Shown: in pieces, positions 17,872 through 25,823 of the stretch
How the letters are laid out: each line of letters opens with the position of its first letter
Position numbering within the stretch: the first letter of the stretch is position 1
From: a virus
Direction: 5' to 3' (one strand)
Length of the DNA: 64,000 nucleotides
Virus record (IMG/VR): IMGVR_UViG_3300017971_000033
Notes under the pieces: generated by a model
Database searches by the model: none
What the model was told of the DNA's origin: nothing
What the model saw: the letters and a program-made list of their open reading frames with translations, nothing else
Position numbers and translations under genes: made by a program

Positions 17872-18546
17872 TCAGTTGTGCGGATTGTCATTCCCGCTGT
17901 TTGGTGAATTGTCACGGCCCTTGCCGCGTCCGGGGTTGGTGCCGTCGCCTAATCCCGAGTGACTATTCGGATTACCGCCACTATCACTACCGCCGTCACC
18001 ACCGCCATCGCCACCGTCGCCGTCGCCTCCATCATCGCCTGAGTCGCCGCCTCCGTTGCCGTTGTCACCGCCTCCGTCCGTGCGGTCATTATCTCCCGAG
18101 TTGTTTCGTCCATTGTCATCTCCATCATCGTTAAACCGCGCGCCTGCAAACAGGTACGAGGTGTCCTTGTTTGCGCCATACGTTACGGCGCCGGCTTCCC
18201 AATCATTGTCATAGTCAGCACGGATACCGGCATAAGGCACAAGGTCTTTGTGGTGAGAGGAAAAAGCCATACCAGCGGACGGGACAACCGAAGTGAACGC
18301 GGTTAGCCCGAGACCGATCTGATAGTTCTTGTTTCCATCGATTCCGGCCCTTGCCTCGGTATTGTCACGGCGCACGATAACCTGCGCACCAACTGAGTCA
18401 AAGGTAAGCGGAACTGTAATGTGCAAGCCGACATATCTGTCATCGTCATCGGCCATTGCGGCGTTAGATCCGAAAATCATAAAGCCAAGCGCAATGCCAA
18501 TCACAAGCCAAACAAAGTCTCTTGCTATCTGTTTTTCTAACTTCAT
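17872..18546 (-). CDS. outer-membrane 8-strand-sized beta-barrel protein with Gly/Asp/Asn-rich C-terminal extension
   Basis: AAAGGAG lies before ATG 18546. Signal peptide '...IFGSNAAMA|DDDD'. Alternating-hydrophobic strands end in '...SYLFAGARF', followed by ~90 aa of G/D/N/S low complexity. Confidence 0.6.
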   Translation of the reverse strand: MKLEKQIARDFVWLVIGIALGFMIFGSNAAMADDDDRYVGLHITVPLTFDSVGAQVIVRRDNTEARAGIDGNKNYQIGLGLTAFTSVVPSAGMAFSSHHKDLVPYAGIRADYDNDWEAGAVTYGANKDTSYLFAGARFNDDGDDNGRNNSGDNDRTDGGGDNGNGGGDSGDDGGDGDGGDGGGDGGSDSGGNPNSHSGLGDGTNPGRGKGRDNSPNSGNDNPHN

Positions 18547-18634
18547 GGTATTACTCCTTTCGTTTGTCGGTAAAATCTCCTCCGACAAAAGCTATTTATT
18601 ATTCTTGTTGTTTTGTTTTTATTATTGCTTGCCT

Positions 18635-18889
18635 TTACTCCTCGTCAGGCCAAGTGTATTCGCCAACAGCGTTGCGTACCCGTTCGATCGGATAAACCTT
18701 ATCAGTCTGATCAAGGCGCATGACGCAATACTGTTGAAAGTTAGGTGTAACCTTTGCATCCCGGTAGCCGTATTGCAGGCACTCGTTTTCGGCCGTAGCG
18801 GTCAGGACGGTCAAGATCATCCCGTAAATAACAAGCGCAGCAAGTGAGCCAAGCCCCGAGAACACCATGATCGGATACAAGATACGCAT
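18635..18889 (-). CDS. N-terminally membrane-anchored small protein
   Basis: ATG 18889; 'MRILYPIMVFSGLGSLAALVIYGMILTVLTA'. Confidence 0.5.
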   Translation of the reverse strand: MRILYPIMVFSGLGSLAALVIYGMILTVLTATAENECLQYGYRDAKVTPNFQQYCVMRLDQTDKVYPIERVRNAVGEYTWPDEE

Positions 18890-18890
18890 G

Positions 18891-19133
18891 TCATTCCTCC
18901 GGGGTGCTTTTGTATTTGTATTCGGCGGCAAACTCGGTGAACTCCCTCAGAGAGTTTTCGAGCATCGTCCGATAGCGGGATGCCTTCTCAAGATTGCGCG
19001 ACTGGATAAAGGCGTCAATCGTGTCCTTGATATCCATGAGGTCTTGATGCTTTAGAGCATCGAGCCGGCTGTCGAACTCCGAGCCATCCTCGGTGACAAA
19101 GACCGGCTTTTGTTTCTGCGTTATGCTTCCCAT
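18891..19133 (-). CDS. hypothetical protein
   Basis: 80-aa ORF; its ATG directly follows the upstream TAA. Confidence 0.5.
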   Translation of the reverse strand: MGSITQKQKPVFVTEDGSEFDSRLDALKHQDLMDIKDTIDAFIQSRNLEKASRYRTMLENSLREFTEFAAEYKYKSTPEE

Positions 19134-19292
19134 TTAAAGCTCCTCTGTTGTGGTGAATACGGCCATCCAGAACTCAAGGATGACATCGGCTAAATGAACA
19201 ACCCAAGGCACCATGACGACACTAACCACGATAAAGAAGCCAAGGGATATCATTAAATCAAGCAAGTCAAATTTCCTCCAACGCTTTAGCAT
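19134..19292 (-). CDS. 52-aa membrane peptide
   Basis: Below the track cutoff. 'MLKRWRKFDLLDLMISLGFFIVVSVVMVPWVV...'. Starts 2 nt after the kdsB-like stop. Confidence 0.45.
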   Translation of the reverse strand: MLKRWRKFDLLDLMISLGFFIVVSVVMVPWVVHLADVILEFWMAVFTTTEEL

Positions 19293-19293
19293 T

Positions 19294-20028
19294 TTATGTT
19301 TCCTCCTCCTTGGTGTAGCGAGTCACCGCATTATCAAAATCCTGCGGCGTGTTTATTGCCCTTCCTGACGTTTTGCAAGATGTCAGCCGCGGACAATATG
19401 CGGTCATCCCGTTTTCAAGCACTCGCATTTGCTCCAAGCCTTCTTGCTTCTCCAGCTCCCTGTTTGTCAACATGGTGTAAGCATCGAGGAAGGTTGGATA
19501 GTAGGCATAGATCCCGCAATGGCGTTTGGCCGCTGGTAAACCAACGCGGGTAAAATAAAGCGCCCTGTCATCCTTGCTGGTTATTACCTTGACTATTCCG
19601 GGATCATCGATCTCCGAGGATGATTGAAATTCCTCGTGCATGCAGAACAATGTTCGGTGCCGGTTATGGACTAGACATTCTTTTGCATACTGGTAGATCT
19701 CATCTATCGCCAGCGGATCCACCTCGAACTTGTCGCCTTGGACATTGATGATGACTTCGCTTAGCGGCAGGTCTAACCGCTTAACAAGATCGGCAACCCG
19801 CTCAGTCCCGTTAGCAAGGTTCGCGTATGTCATAGCGGTCTCTGCGCCGAACTGCCGGCAGACCTCCTCGACCTCCGGGGCATCGGTAGCAATCACAATA
19901 CGGTTAGCCGAAGCGGCTTGAGCGGCTCGCTCATAGGTATGTTGAATGATTGGCTTGCCGCCGATAATCCGCAGCGGTTTGTTCGGTAGGCGGTAGGATG
20001 CCGCCCTTGCAGGAATTACTATGATCAT
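19294..20028 (-). CDS. kdsB: 3-deoxy-manno-octulosonate cytidylyltransferase (CMP-Kdo synthetase) homologue
   Basis: 'IIVIPARAASYRLPNKPL..IGGKPIIQHTYERA', 'RIVIATD', 'GTERVADLV', 'INVQGD', 'ALYFTR', 'GIYAYY' and 'LEQMRVLENG' align along E. coli KdsB as I remember it. Confidence 0.85.
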   Translation of the reverse strand: MIIVIPARAASYRLPNKPLRIIGGKPIIQHTYERAAQAASANRIVIATDAPEVEEVCRQFGAETAMTYANLANGTERVADLVKRLDLPLSEVIINVQGDKFEVDPLAIDEIYQYAKECLVHNRHRTLFCMHEEFQSSSEIDDPGIVKVITSKDDRALYFTRVGLPAAKRHCGIYAYYPTFLDAYTMLTNRELEKQEGLEQMRVLENGMTAYCPRLTSCKTSGRAINTPQDFDNAVTRYTKEEET

Positions 20029-20061
20029 TTTCCTCTCCGGGCCTTCTGTGGTGACGTATGA

Positions 20062-20122
20062 GCCGCGAAAGGGGTTGAGGCCTTGTGGTTATACTACCGA
20101 GCCTCAGATCCCCTTTCGCGGC
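20062..20122. other. long imperfect hairpin upstream of kdsB-like gene
   Basis: 20062-20074 pairs with 20110-20122 (13 bp). 20076-20081 pairs with 20101-20106 (6 bp). The apical loop is 19 nt. Confidence 0.7.
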
Positions 20123-20136
20123 CGCTTATGAGGCCG

Positions 20137-20376
20137 TTATTCGGCCTCCTCCTCGCTTTCCCCCGAGCCATAAACGTTCTCGGTCGGCTTGATGTCCTCA
20201 GGCGGCTCGCCGTTGTCCCTGCGTTCTCGCCATTCGGCCATTAGCGATTTGACCTCGCCGTGACCTAAGCCATACTCCATGACGATTATGGCCCGAGCGG
20301 AATCAAGGTTGTCAGAGACCTCCAACTCATCAAGCAATCGGAAAATCTCGCGGCGGTTACTTTTGAATGTACTCAT
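20137..20376 (-). CDS. hypothetical acidic protein
   Basis: GGAGGAAAGCCC lies before ATG 20376 ('MSTFKSNRREIF'). Confidence 0.55.
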   Translation of the reverse strand: MSTFKSNRREIFRLLDELEVSDNLDSARAIIVMEYGLGHGEVKSLMAEWRERRDNGEPPEDIKPTENVYGSGESEEEAE

Positions 20377-20605
20377 GGGCTTTCCTCCGGTTTTGTTCAA
20401 TCAGGCGGTTTTCAACGGTTGGCCGCATCAGTTGAACGTTAGAGATCATCAAATCCATAAAGACTCGCTGCTGTTCGTCGCAGCCTTCCTTCATGGCACC
20501 TTTCAACAAGGCCTTGAACATATCGAGAGAGGTATCGAATCCTGACATAAAAACCCCTGACAACATATCCGCAAGTCCCTGCTGGTCCGTGTTTACTTCA
20601 ATCAT
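20357..20605 (-). CDS. hypothetical protein
   Basis: ATG 20605 ('MIEVNTDQQ') overlaps the nuclease stop. The long listed form (to 20905) runs antisense-free but inside the nuclease gene. Confidence 0.5.
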   Translation of the reverse strand: MIEVNTDQQGLADMLSGVFMSGFDTSLDMFKALLKGAMKEGCDEQQRVFMDLMISNVQLMRPTVENRLIEQNRRKAHEYIQK

Positions 20606-21539
20606 CAGCAGCCTCCTTGGTTGCTTCTTCCTTCGCCTTGCGATCTGCCGTTTCTTGTTTGAACTGGTGGCAGAAGTCTTTAACGTCACAATAACTATTG
20701 CAACGCTTATTCTCACCGAGAACAAGCTCAATAGAATATCCCTTCTTGAGACTACCATCCTCGACAAAGCCCTTCTGCTTGCAGTAGGCTTCCGCTTCCT
20801 CGATTGTCGGCAGGTTGCGGATGGATGACTTGCGCCCTTCTTTGCGGATCTTGTAGGTGTCACCGCTATACCACTTCTCATCCTTCGCGCAAGGTGGCAA
20901 TTCATGGTCGGGGTATTCCTTCGCCATAACGTGGAGAGAGAGGCGCTCGTTAATATAGCGCTCTATTTCCTCGTCAGACTTCGGCTCAATGACAATGCGC
21001 TGAACAGCCGCATCAGGCATGTTGGGATCTTCGCGGTGCCTGCGGTTAAAGTCGCGCAGGAAGGCAACAATCTCGATGCTGTCAACCTGATAGCCGGAGT
21101 GTCGAGCGAGATAGGCGTAGAGATTTAACTGGTCTGACCAGCGCTTGACTGTCTCGTCGCTGTTCATCGCATAAATACTCGTATCCTTGTAATCAACAAG
21201 AGCGGTCTCATCTTCGCTTGTCAGCAGGTCAAACTTGCCGGTCAGGATACCTTGCTCAAACTCCTTGCGCACTCTGTCCTCAACGATTCCTGTCTTGTTG
21301 GCGCGTTCCAGTGCGCCGTGCATTGATTTACCGCGAGCCGCAAAGATCATTTGATCTACGTCAACGATAATGTCATTCCAATGGCGACGGCGCAGTTGTA
21401 CTTGCTGCGGCGGTGACATCAAGGCGGTCACGCTTATGACGAACTTCTCTCCGGGTTTCGGTACATGGTAATCGTAATCATCGAGCATAATCAGATTAAC
21501 CAGTGCCTCCGGGAAATTCTGGCGGTTTGTGTATTTCAT
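20598..21539 (-). CDS. PD-(D/E)XK exonuclease, Cas4/RecB-like with C-terminal Cys cluster
   Basis: 'ALVDYKDTS' (D-x-K), 'DQLNLYAYLA' (Q..Y), N-proximal Cys plus 'CNSYCDVKDFC' (C-x3-C-x5-C). Confidence 0.7.
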   Translation of the reverse strand: MKYTNRQNFPEALVNLIMLDDYDYHVPKPGEKFVISVTALMSPPQQVQLRRRHWNDIIVDVDQMIFAARGKSMHGALERANKTGIVEDRVRKEFEQGILTGKFDLLTSEDETALVDYKDTSIYAMNSDETVKRWSDQLNLYAYLARHSGYQVDSIEIVAFLRDFNRRHREDPNMPDAAVQRIVIEPKSDEEIERYINERLSLHVMAKEYPDHELPPCAKDEKWYSGDTYKIRKEGRKSSIRNLPTIEEAEAYCKQKGFVEDGSLKKGYSIELVLGENKRCNSYCDVKDFCHQFKQETADRKAKEEATKEAADD

Positions 21540-21772
21540 CGGCGCACCCCTTTCTTTGGCTTGAACTCGCCACAGAAATCACCGTCTGTCGTAATTGGAC
21601 GGACAAAGGAGCAGGCGTTCTCGGTAGCGGCGCAGAAATCCTCTGGCATGTTGCCGACATAAACCGGATCAAGGAGCGGCGGGTACCGGTAGCAGAATCC
21701 CGTTAGATTATTCTCAATGTTGCTTTGCCACGTATCCCGCCAATAAAAGCAATTGATGCATTTTTCTTTCAT
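21536..21772 (-). CDS. small Cys-rich phage protein
   Basis: 'CINCFYWRD...GFCYRYPP...DFCGEF' pattern, common in phage early regions. Confidence 0.5.
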   Translation of the reverse strand: MKEKCINCFYWRDTWQSNIENNLTGFCYRYPPLLDPVYVGNMPEDFCAATENACSFVRPITTDGDFCGEFKPKKGVRR

Positions 21773-21836
21773 TGCAATTCCTCTTTTTAGAAAGGCAACG
21801 CACGGGGTGAACCGTGCGCGCCTTGGTTGGGGTTAC

Positions 21837-22514
21837 TTAAAAAGGGATGTCGTCATCGAAGTCGTCATCAACATGCGGCGACGGTGCCGATGCGTTGGCT
21901 TGCGTTACGCTCTGATCAGTCGGCTCATCGTTACCGTATAACGCACGATATTGCTTGGAATCCTTGATCATGCGCTGATAGCCTTGACCTAACTTCTCAA
22001 AGGTCTCTTTGTCGAATTCAGACAAATCAAACTTGAGAAGCGGCGTTAAGCGCTTCGGAACATCAACCCCTGTCGGTGGAGACATGACAACGGTAACTTG
22101 CTCGCGGATGTCGCCGTTTTTCTTCTTGGCGTGGATTACACCAATCAGGCCGGGACGACCGAGCAAGCCATTGGGATTCCCTTCCGGGTCCCACTTATCA
22201 ACAATGTCATAGTTCTCCGCTTCCTCGTCATTGTCAAAGGCACGACCAAGCCAGCTTTCCACTCGCTTACGCAAGTTGGCTTTCTCGTTCATTGACAGAG
22301 TTAGAAACTCGGTAACTTGGAAGGGGTATTGTTTCCCCTCGTCGTTTGGTTCCTTGAGGCAAGTGGTTAGCTCATAAACAAAGCAGACTTTGTGGACATC
22401 CTTCGAGTACATCTCATTGAATGTCGTGCCAAGGTCAATGATCTTTGTCAGATATCCGGGATGGTTTCCGGGTGGCGCCTTCGGGAAGTCAACGGCGTTA
22501 GCAGGTGCTTTCAT
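21837..22514 (-). CDS. ssDNA-binding-type protein (DUF669-like) with canonical SSB C-terminal tip
   Basis: AAGGAG lies before ATG 22514. The C-terminus 'DDDFDDDIPF' is the bacterial SSB partner-binding tip. Confidence 0.55.
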   Translation of the reverse strand: MKAPANAVDFPKAPPGNHPGYLTKIIDLGTTFNEMYSKDVHKVCFVYELTTCLKEPNDEGKQYPFQVTEFLTLSMNEKANLRKRVESWLGRAFDNDEEAENYDIVDKWDPEGNPNGLLGRPGLIGVIHAKKKNGDIREQVTVVMSPPTGVDVPKRLTPLLKFDLSEFDKETFEKLGQGYQRMIKDSKQYRALYGNDEPTDQSVTQANASAPSPHVDDDFDDDIPF

Positions 22515-22628
22515 AACTTTACTCCTTTCACGGTTTCGTGGATTCACCTCGATTCGGCTTATGCCTTTGAGGTGTCAATTAAGCTACCATGACGACCGCC
22601 TATTTGACAGCCGTCATGGCGAACTTTT

Positions 22629-23690
22629 TTAGGCGGCTTCTGCTATCCGCTGCCACTCCGAATTCCCGAGAGTAAGGATCTTCCCGCCTAACTGGTGGAG
22701 ATCTTCGGCTCGGTCGGCGCCGGTCTTGTTGGCCTGCGCCGTAACCGCGTTCAGAACGCCCCAGCGGCTGTAATCCTGCGCCTTGATTAAATCCTCAAGG
22801 ATTCCTTCGGATTCCATCGAGGGGAGCGCATATGCCTTCTGAAGCACCTCTACGGCCTTGATTGGATTCTCCACCTTGGTTCCCTGCGTGGCTGCACGCA
22901 TCTCTTCCATCAGCCGGAAGAACAAATTGGGATCTGAGAGGTTGTGGATGGCATCCCGGATCTGCAAGAGCATTGCCTTATCCAAGGCTTCTTGCGTGTC
23001 GGCACGGTAGACAACATTGTCATCATTGCCAACCTTCGGCCCGAGGTGCGTCTTGCGGACTCGACCGCTGTTGATTTCCTTCGGGACGATCATCCCGTTA
23101 GAGCAAACCAGTCTGTAGATAAGCGGCGAAATATCCAAGGCACCAAGCCCGACTTCCGAGTTCCGGATCCGCAGACCCCACTGGACGGGATCACCAACGG
23201 CCACATCCCCGATGATCTTTGGCATGCGGACATTGATATACAAGTTGCGGTCAGTCACATCGGAACTGACAACCTCGTATGAACCGAGCTCCTTATCCAT
23301 CATCGCCTGCAAGGAAGTCATGGCAACCGGGAGGTTGTCAATTCGCTTGTAATGATCTGACAGGAAGGCGCGGGCTTCTCCGTCAAGCGTGCGAACCATG
23401 CGCCGCTTCGGTTCCTTGTTGAACCAGAAGTTCACATTATCCGCAAGCAGTTCCGGGTTAGCAGACCGCAGGCGGTCATAGTACCGCGTCGGGATCTTGG
23501 TGTGAGTGGCGATCTGCTGATGCGCCAAGTCGTTGGCGGGCATCCCCTCGTCATTGGTAATGCCTTCGAGGAGTAACGTGGTGTCCGGCGTCATCTCTAA
23601 ATCGCGGGAATCAATCACAAAATCCTCTTTGACAATTTCACGGCGCTGCAATTCATGCAGTAACTCTTCGACAGTTTTACCTTGATACAT
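22629..23690 (-). CDS. DUF932-like protein
   Basis: AAGAGGAA lies 7 nt before ATG 23690. 'WGLRIRNSEVGLGALDISPLIYRLVCSNGMIVP' resembles the DUF932 core. Confidence 0.5.
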   Translation of the reverse strand: MYQGKTVEELLHELQRREIVKEDFVIDSRDLEMTPDTTLLLEGITNDEGMPANDLAHQQIATHTKIPTRYYDRLRSANPELLADNVNFWFNKEPKRRMVRTLDGEARAFLSDHYKRIDNLPVAMTSLQAMMDKELGSYEVVSSDVTDRNLYINVRMPKIIGDVAVGDPVQWGLRIRNSEVGLGALDISPLIYRLVCSNGMIVPKEINSGRVRKTHLGPKVGNDDNVVYRADTQEALDKAMLLQIRDAIHNLSDPNLFFRLMEEMRAATQGTKVENPIKAVEVLQKAYALPSMESEGILEDLIKAQDYSRWGVLNAVTAQANKTGADRAEDLHQLGGKILTLGNSEWQRIAEAA

Positions 23691-23733
23691 TTTAAGATTC
23701 CTCTTTAAGGTTAAGTGCGTCAAAAAATACTCG

Positions 23734-23762
23734 TTGACTGAAAAATCGGAAGTGGCTAGTAT
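23734..23762 (+). promoter_or_regulatory. sigma-70-type promoter on the plus strand (TTGACT-17-TAGTAT)
   Basis: -35 at 23734-23739, 17-nt spacer, -10 at 23757-23762. It points away from any plus-strand ORF. Confidence 0.4.
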
Positions 23763-23768
23763 TCCGCT

Positions 23769-23842
23769 TGATCACTCCTTCGTTGATCTCGGAAGAACCT
23801 CACTTCCAACATTTGCCCCGTCATAACTGGCGGGGCTTTTTT
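23769..23842 (+). ncRNA. candidate ~75-nt sRNA, antisense to the leftward intergenic leader
   Basis: Bounded by the promoter above and a strong terminator. Internal hairpins GATCA...TGATC and GGAAG-AACCTCA-CTTCC. Confidence 0.35.
23815..23842 (+). terminator. intrinsic terminator, plus-strand orientation
   Basis: GCCCCGTCA-TAAC-TGGCGGGGC (one G-U) followed by TTTTTT. On the minus strand the 3' flank is AAATGTTGG. Confidence 0.55.
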
Positions 23843-24152
23843 AATGCTCCTCGTATGAATCAATAATCAACTGCGCAATCTCGGGCCAGTTGACCTTTGA
23901 AAATCCAACGCTGAGCAAGTCGTAAAGCAAGCCGGGTCCTTTCACCTCCTTGTCTAACATTGATTGATAGTAGGCTTCCATTTGAACGCCGATAAAAATC
24001 TCAAGCGGCGAACCAAGTGAAGCGGGGCTTTGTAACTTGACCAACTGCGCGGCAAGGTCAAGCCATCGGTTGAACTGCGTATCATCAGCGAATAGCCATG
24101 ACGCAGCCAACCAAGTTTCGTGATTGGAAACCTGATGCGGTGCTATATTCAT
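23841..24152 (-). CDS. hypothetical protein
   Basis: 103-aa ORF. No family recognised. Confidence 0.5.
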   Translation of the reverse strand: MNIAPHQVSNHETWLAASWLFADDTQFNRWLDLAAQLVKLQSPASLGSPLEIFIGVQMEAYYQSMLDKEVKGPGLLYDLLSVGFSKVNWPEIAQLIIDSYEEH

Positions 24153-24340
24153 TCTCCATCCTCCTCGATCATGTAGGTGAAATAGCGGCTATTAATGGTT
24201 CGATATCCACCGGAAGCGTAAACTCTGACCTTCTTGATACGCTCACGGACCTGAGCCCCGCGCTCAGCCAACCGCTTGCGGGCGGTTGACTTTGCGCAGC
24301 CTTGCTCCTTGGCATATTCCTCAGCGGTAACTTCCCGCAT
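24149..24340 (-). CDS. small HTH-like DNA-binding protein
   Basis: 'AKEQGCAKSTARKRLAERG' is helix-turn-helix-like. Overlaps the next start. Confidence 0.4.
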   Translation of the reverse strand: MREVTAEEYAKEQGCAKSTARKRLAERGAQVRERIKKVRVYASGGYRTINSRYFTYMIEEDGE

Positions 24341-24342
24341 GG

Positions 24343-24657
24343 TTATACCTCAAACGCGGACGGGATGACAGCAACAAGCCGCGCATCCTTTTGACAAAAA
24401 CCGACATCAAACACAGCGTTTGTCGGATCAATCAAGCCAGCATTTTCCAGTGCGTCAAAAGCACCGGCATAGATGCCGTTAAGCCGGACAAAGGTAAACC
24501 CCGGAGAGATATCTATGTCAATGAGGTTGACAGTCGGCACAAGGATTGGCGAGCCATCTTCCGCGTCAACCAACTCGATGGCGGGTCTGCCGTTCGGATA
24601 ACTCCGCAAAAAGGCCTTGCATGTGTAGTCTTGGAATTTAAGTGTCGGTGCCTTCAT
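24343..24657 (-). CDS. hypothetical protein (possibly DUF4313-like)
   Basis: 104-aa ORF. 'YPNGRPAIELVDAEDGSPILVPTVNL' gives only a weak family impression. Confidence 0.45.
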   Translation of the reverse strand: MKAPTLKFQDYTCKAFLRSYPNGRPAIELVDAEDGSPILVPTVNLIDIDISPGFTFVRLNGIYAGAFDALENAGLIDPTNAVFDVGFCQKDARLVAVIPSAFEV

Positions 24658-24658
24658 A

Positions 24659-24955
24659 TCATTCTCCCGTTTTAAAAGTATCCATGTAATGCGACCAAGC
24701 GATGTCTGACAGAAGCTCAGCCGTCTTTACGCACTCGTAAAGGTAAGCGGCTTTGTCATAGTCGCGGCATATCAATGATCCCTTCGCTTGTTCACGCAAA
24801 AGCGTGACAATCCCGGAGAGCCGGTTAGAGATCATGTTCCACTCGACTGCGGTGGCATCATGTCCTGCGCCGCCCCACGTTATGTAGAGGGCGCTTTCCT
24901 CGTCGGTTAGCCGCGCAAGCGGCAGTTCATTTTCAGCCGGTATGACAAACATCAT
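24659..24955 (-). CDS. hypothetical protein
   Basis: 98-aa ORF; the stop lies 1 nt from the next start. Confidence 0.5.
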   Translation of the reverse strand: MMFVIPAENELPLARLTDEESALYITWGGAGHDATAVEWNMISNRLSGIVTLLREQAKGSLICRDYDKAAYLYECVKTAELLSDIAWSHYMDTFKTGE

Positions 24956-25266
24956 TCAATGTCCGGCAGCATGGTGTAGAGGTCATACTGCGCCGACTCA
25001 AAATCCTCTTGGTATTTGAGCAGCGTTTTGATTTGGTGCTCCAAGTGCTTTAGATCAATTTCCTCATCAGCAATCTTGGATCCAGTCGGATACTCGACGC
25101 CATACACGGAAAAGGTAAGGTCATCATAATCGCAATCAAATGCGAGCATGTGAGCCTTTCCGCTTGTCGGGAAGCCGGCCAGCATCAACCAAGAATAAAA
25201 CGCATCAGACGGCGTATATTCATCTTTGGCGTAGTAGTTCAATCCTATTACGGCGTATGCAGTCAT
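24952..25266 (-). CDS. hypothetical protein
   Basis: GAGGTG lies before ATG 25266 ('MTAYAVIGLNYY'). Confidence 0.5.
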   Translation of the reverse strand: MTAYAVIGLNYYAKDEYTPSDAFYSWLMLAGFPTSGKAHMLAFDCDYDDLTFSVYGVEYPTGSKIADEEIDLKHLEHQIKTLLKYQEDFESAQYDLYTMLPDIE

Positions 25267-25274
25267 AAGGCACC

Positions 25275-25823
25275 TCAAACGTTGTTGTTGCGGATTATGC
25301 GGGATGCACCTTGCAGCGTGGCGATGGCTTCCTCGATATAGACATCGACCTCCCGGAGCGCGTCATAACGCTCGTTAGATTCCTCTGCGGCCTCGATCAT
25401 CATCTCAAGGCGCTGACGGTCAAGATCCTGCTCCACGATGATATCAATCAGTGGAGCGTTTTCCTCCATCGCTTCTAGATACTCGCAAAGCTCGGAGTCG
25501 GTATATTCGCTATTGCCATCGAGGTAGTCATAGACTCCATCGTATTCTTCCACCATCGTGCGAGCGGCAGAGGAAATATCGAGATCGTCAAGCGTGTCAA
25601 TGCCAACCTCCTTCGCCTTGTCAACAAACTCCTGCGAGGAGTCATGGAGCTGCAAGGCATTAATGACATACTCAGAGGAAAGGCCGCGGGTGTTGATATA
25701 AGCGATGGTGTCACCATGCTTTGCCAACTGGTCGGAAGCGTAGCGCTTCTCTTGTCGGATATATCCGGCAATCAGATCAAAGATGTCCCGGATAGTAATC
25801 TGTTTCTGTGTTGGTGCGTTCAT
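25275..25823 (-). CDS. highly acidic hypothetical protein
   Basis: 182 aa with long D/E-rich stretches ('LDDLDISS..MVEEYDGVYDYLDGNSEYTDSELCEYLEAMEEN'). Confidence 0.55.
   Translation of the reverse strand: MNAPTQKQITIRDIFDLIAGYIRQEKRYASDQLAKHGDTIAYINTRGLSSEYVINALQLHDSSQEFVDKAKEVGIDTLDDLDISSAARTMVEEYDGVYDYLDGNSEYTDSELCEYLEAMEENAPLIDIIVEQDLDRQRLEMMIEAAEESNERYDALREVDVYIEEAIATLQGASRIIRNNNV

Noticed and set aside
17862-18134. His/Arg-rich plus-strand ORF ('HRHRHRRRR...') and the Gly-rich minus ORF 53199..53531
   Set aside because: They are mirror images of the Gly/Asp tail of the OMP-like gene and of the poly-Pro linker of MuF. They are artefacts of low-complexity coding repeats.
17872-18150. 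Gly/Asp-rich tail considered as RTX calcium-binding repeats
   Set aside because: It lacks the regular GGxGxDxUx nonapeptide with a hydrophobic position. It is only compositionally similar.
20357-20905. 182-aa long form of the ORF ending at 20357
   Set aside because: Its N-terminal two thirds overlap the Cas4-like nuclease gene in another frame and are Arg/Ser-rich. The internal ATG at 20605 overlaps the nuclease stop and gives a sensible 82-aa product.
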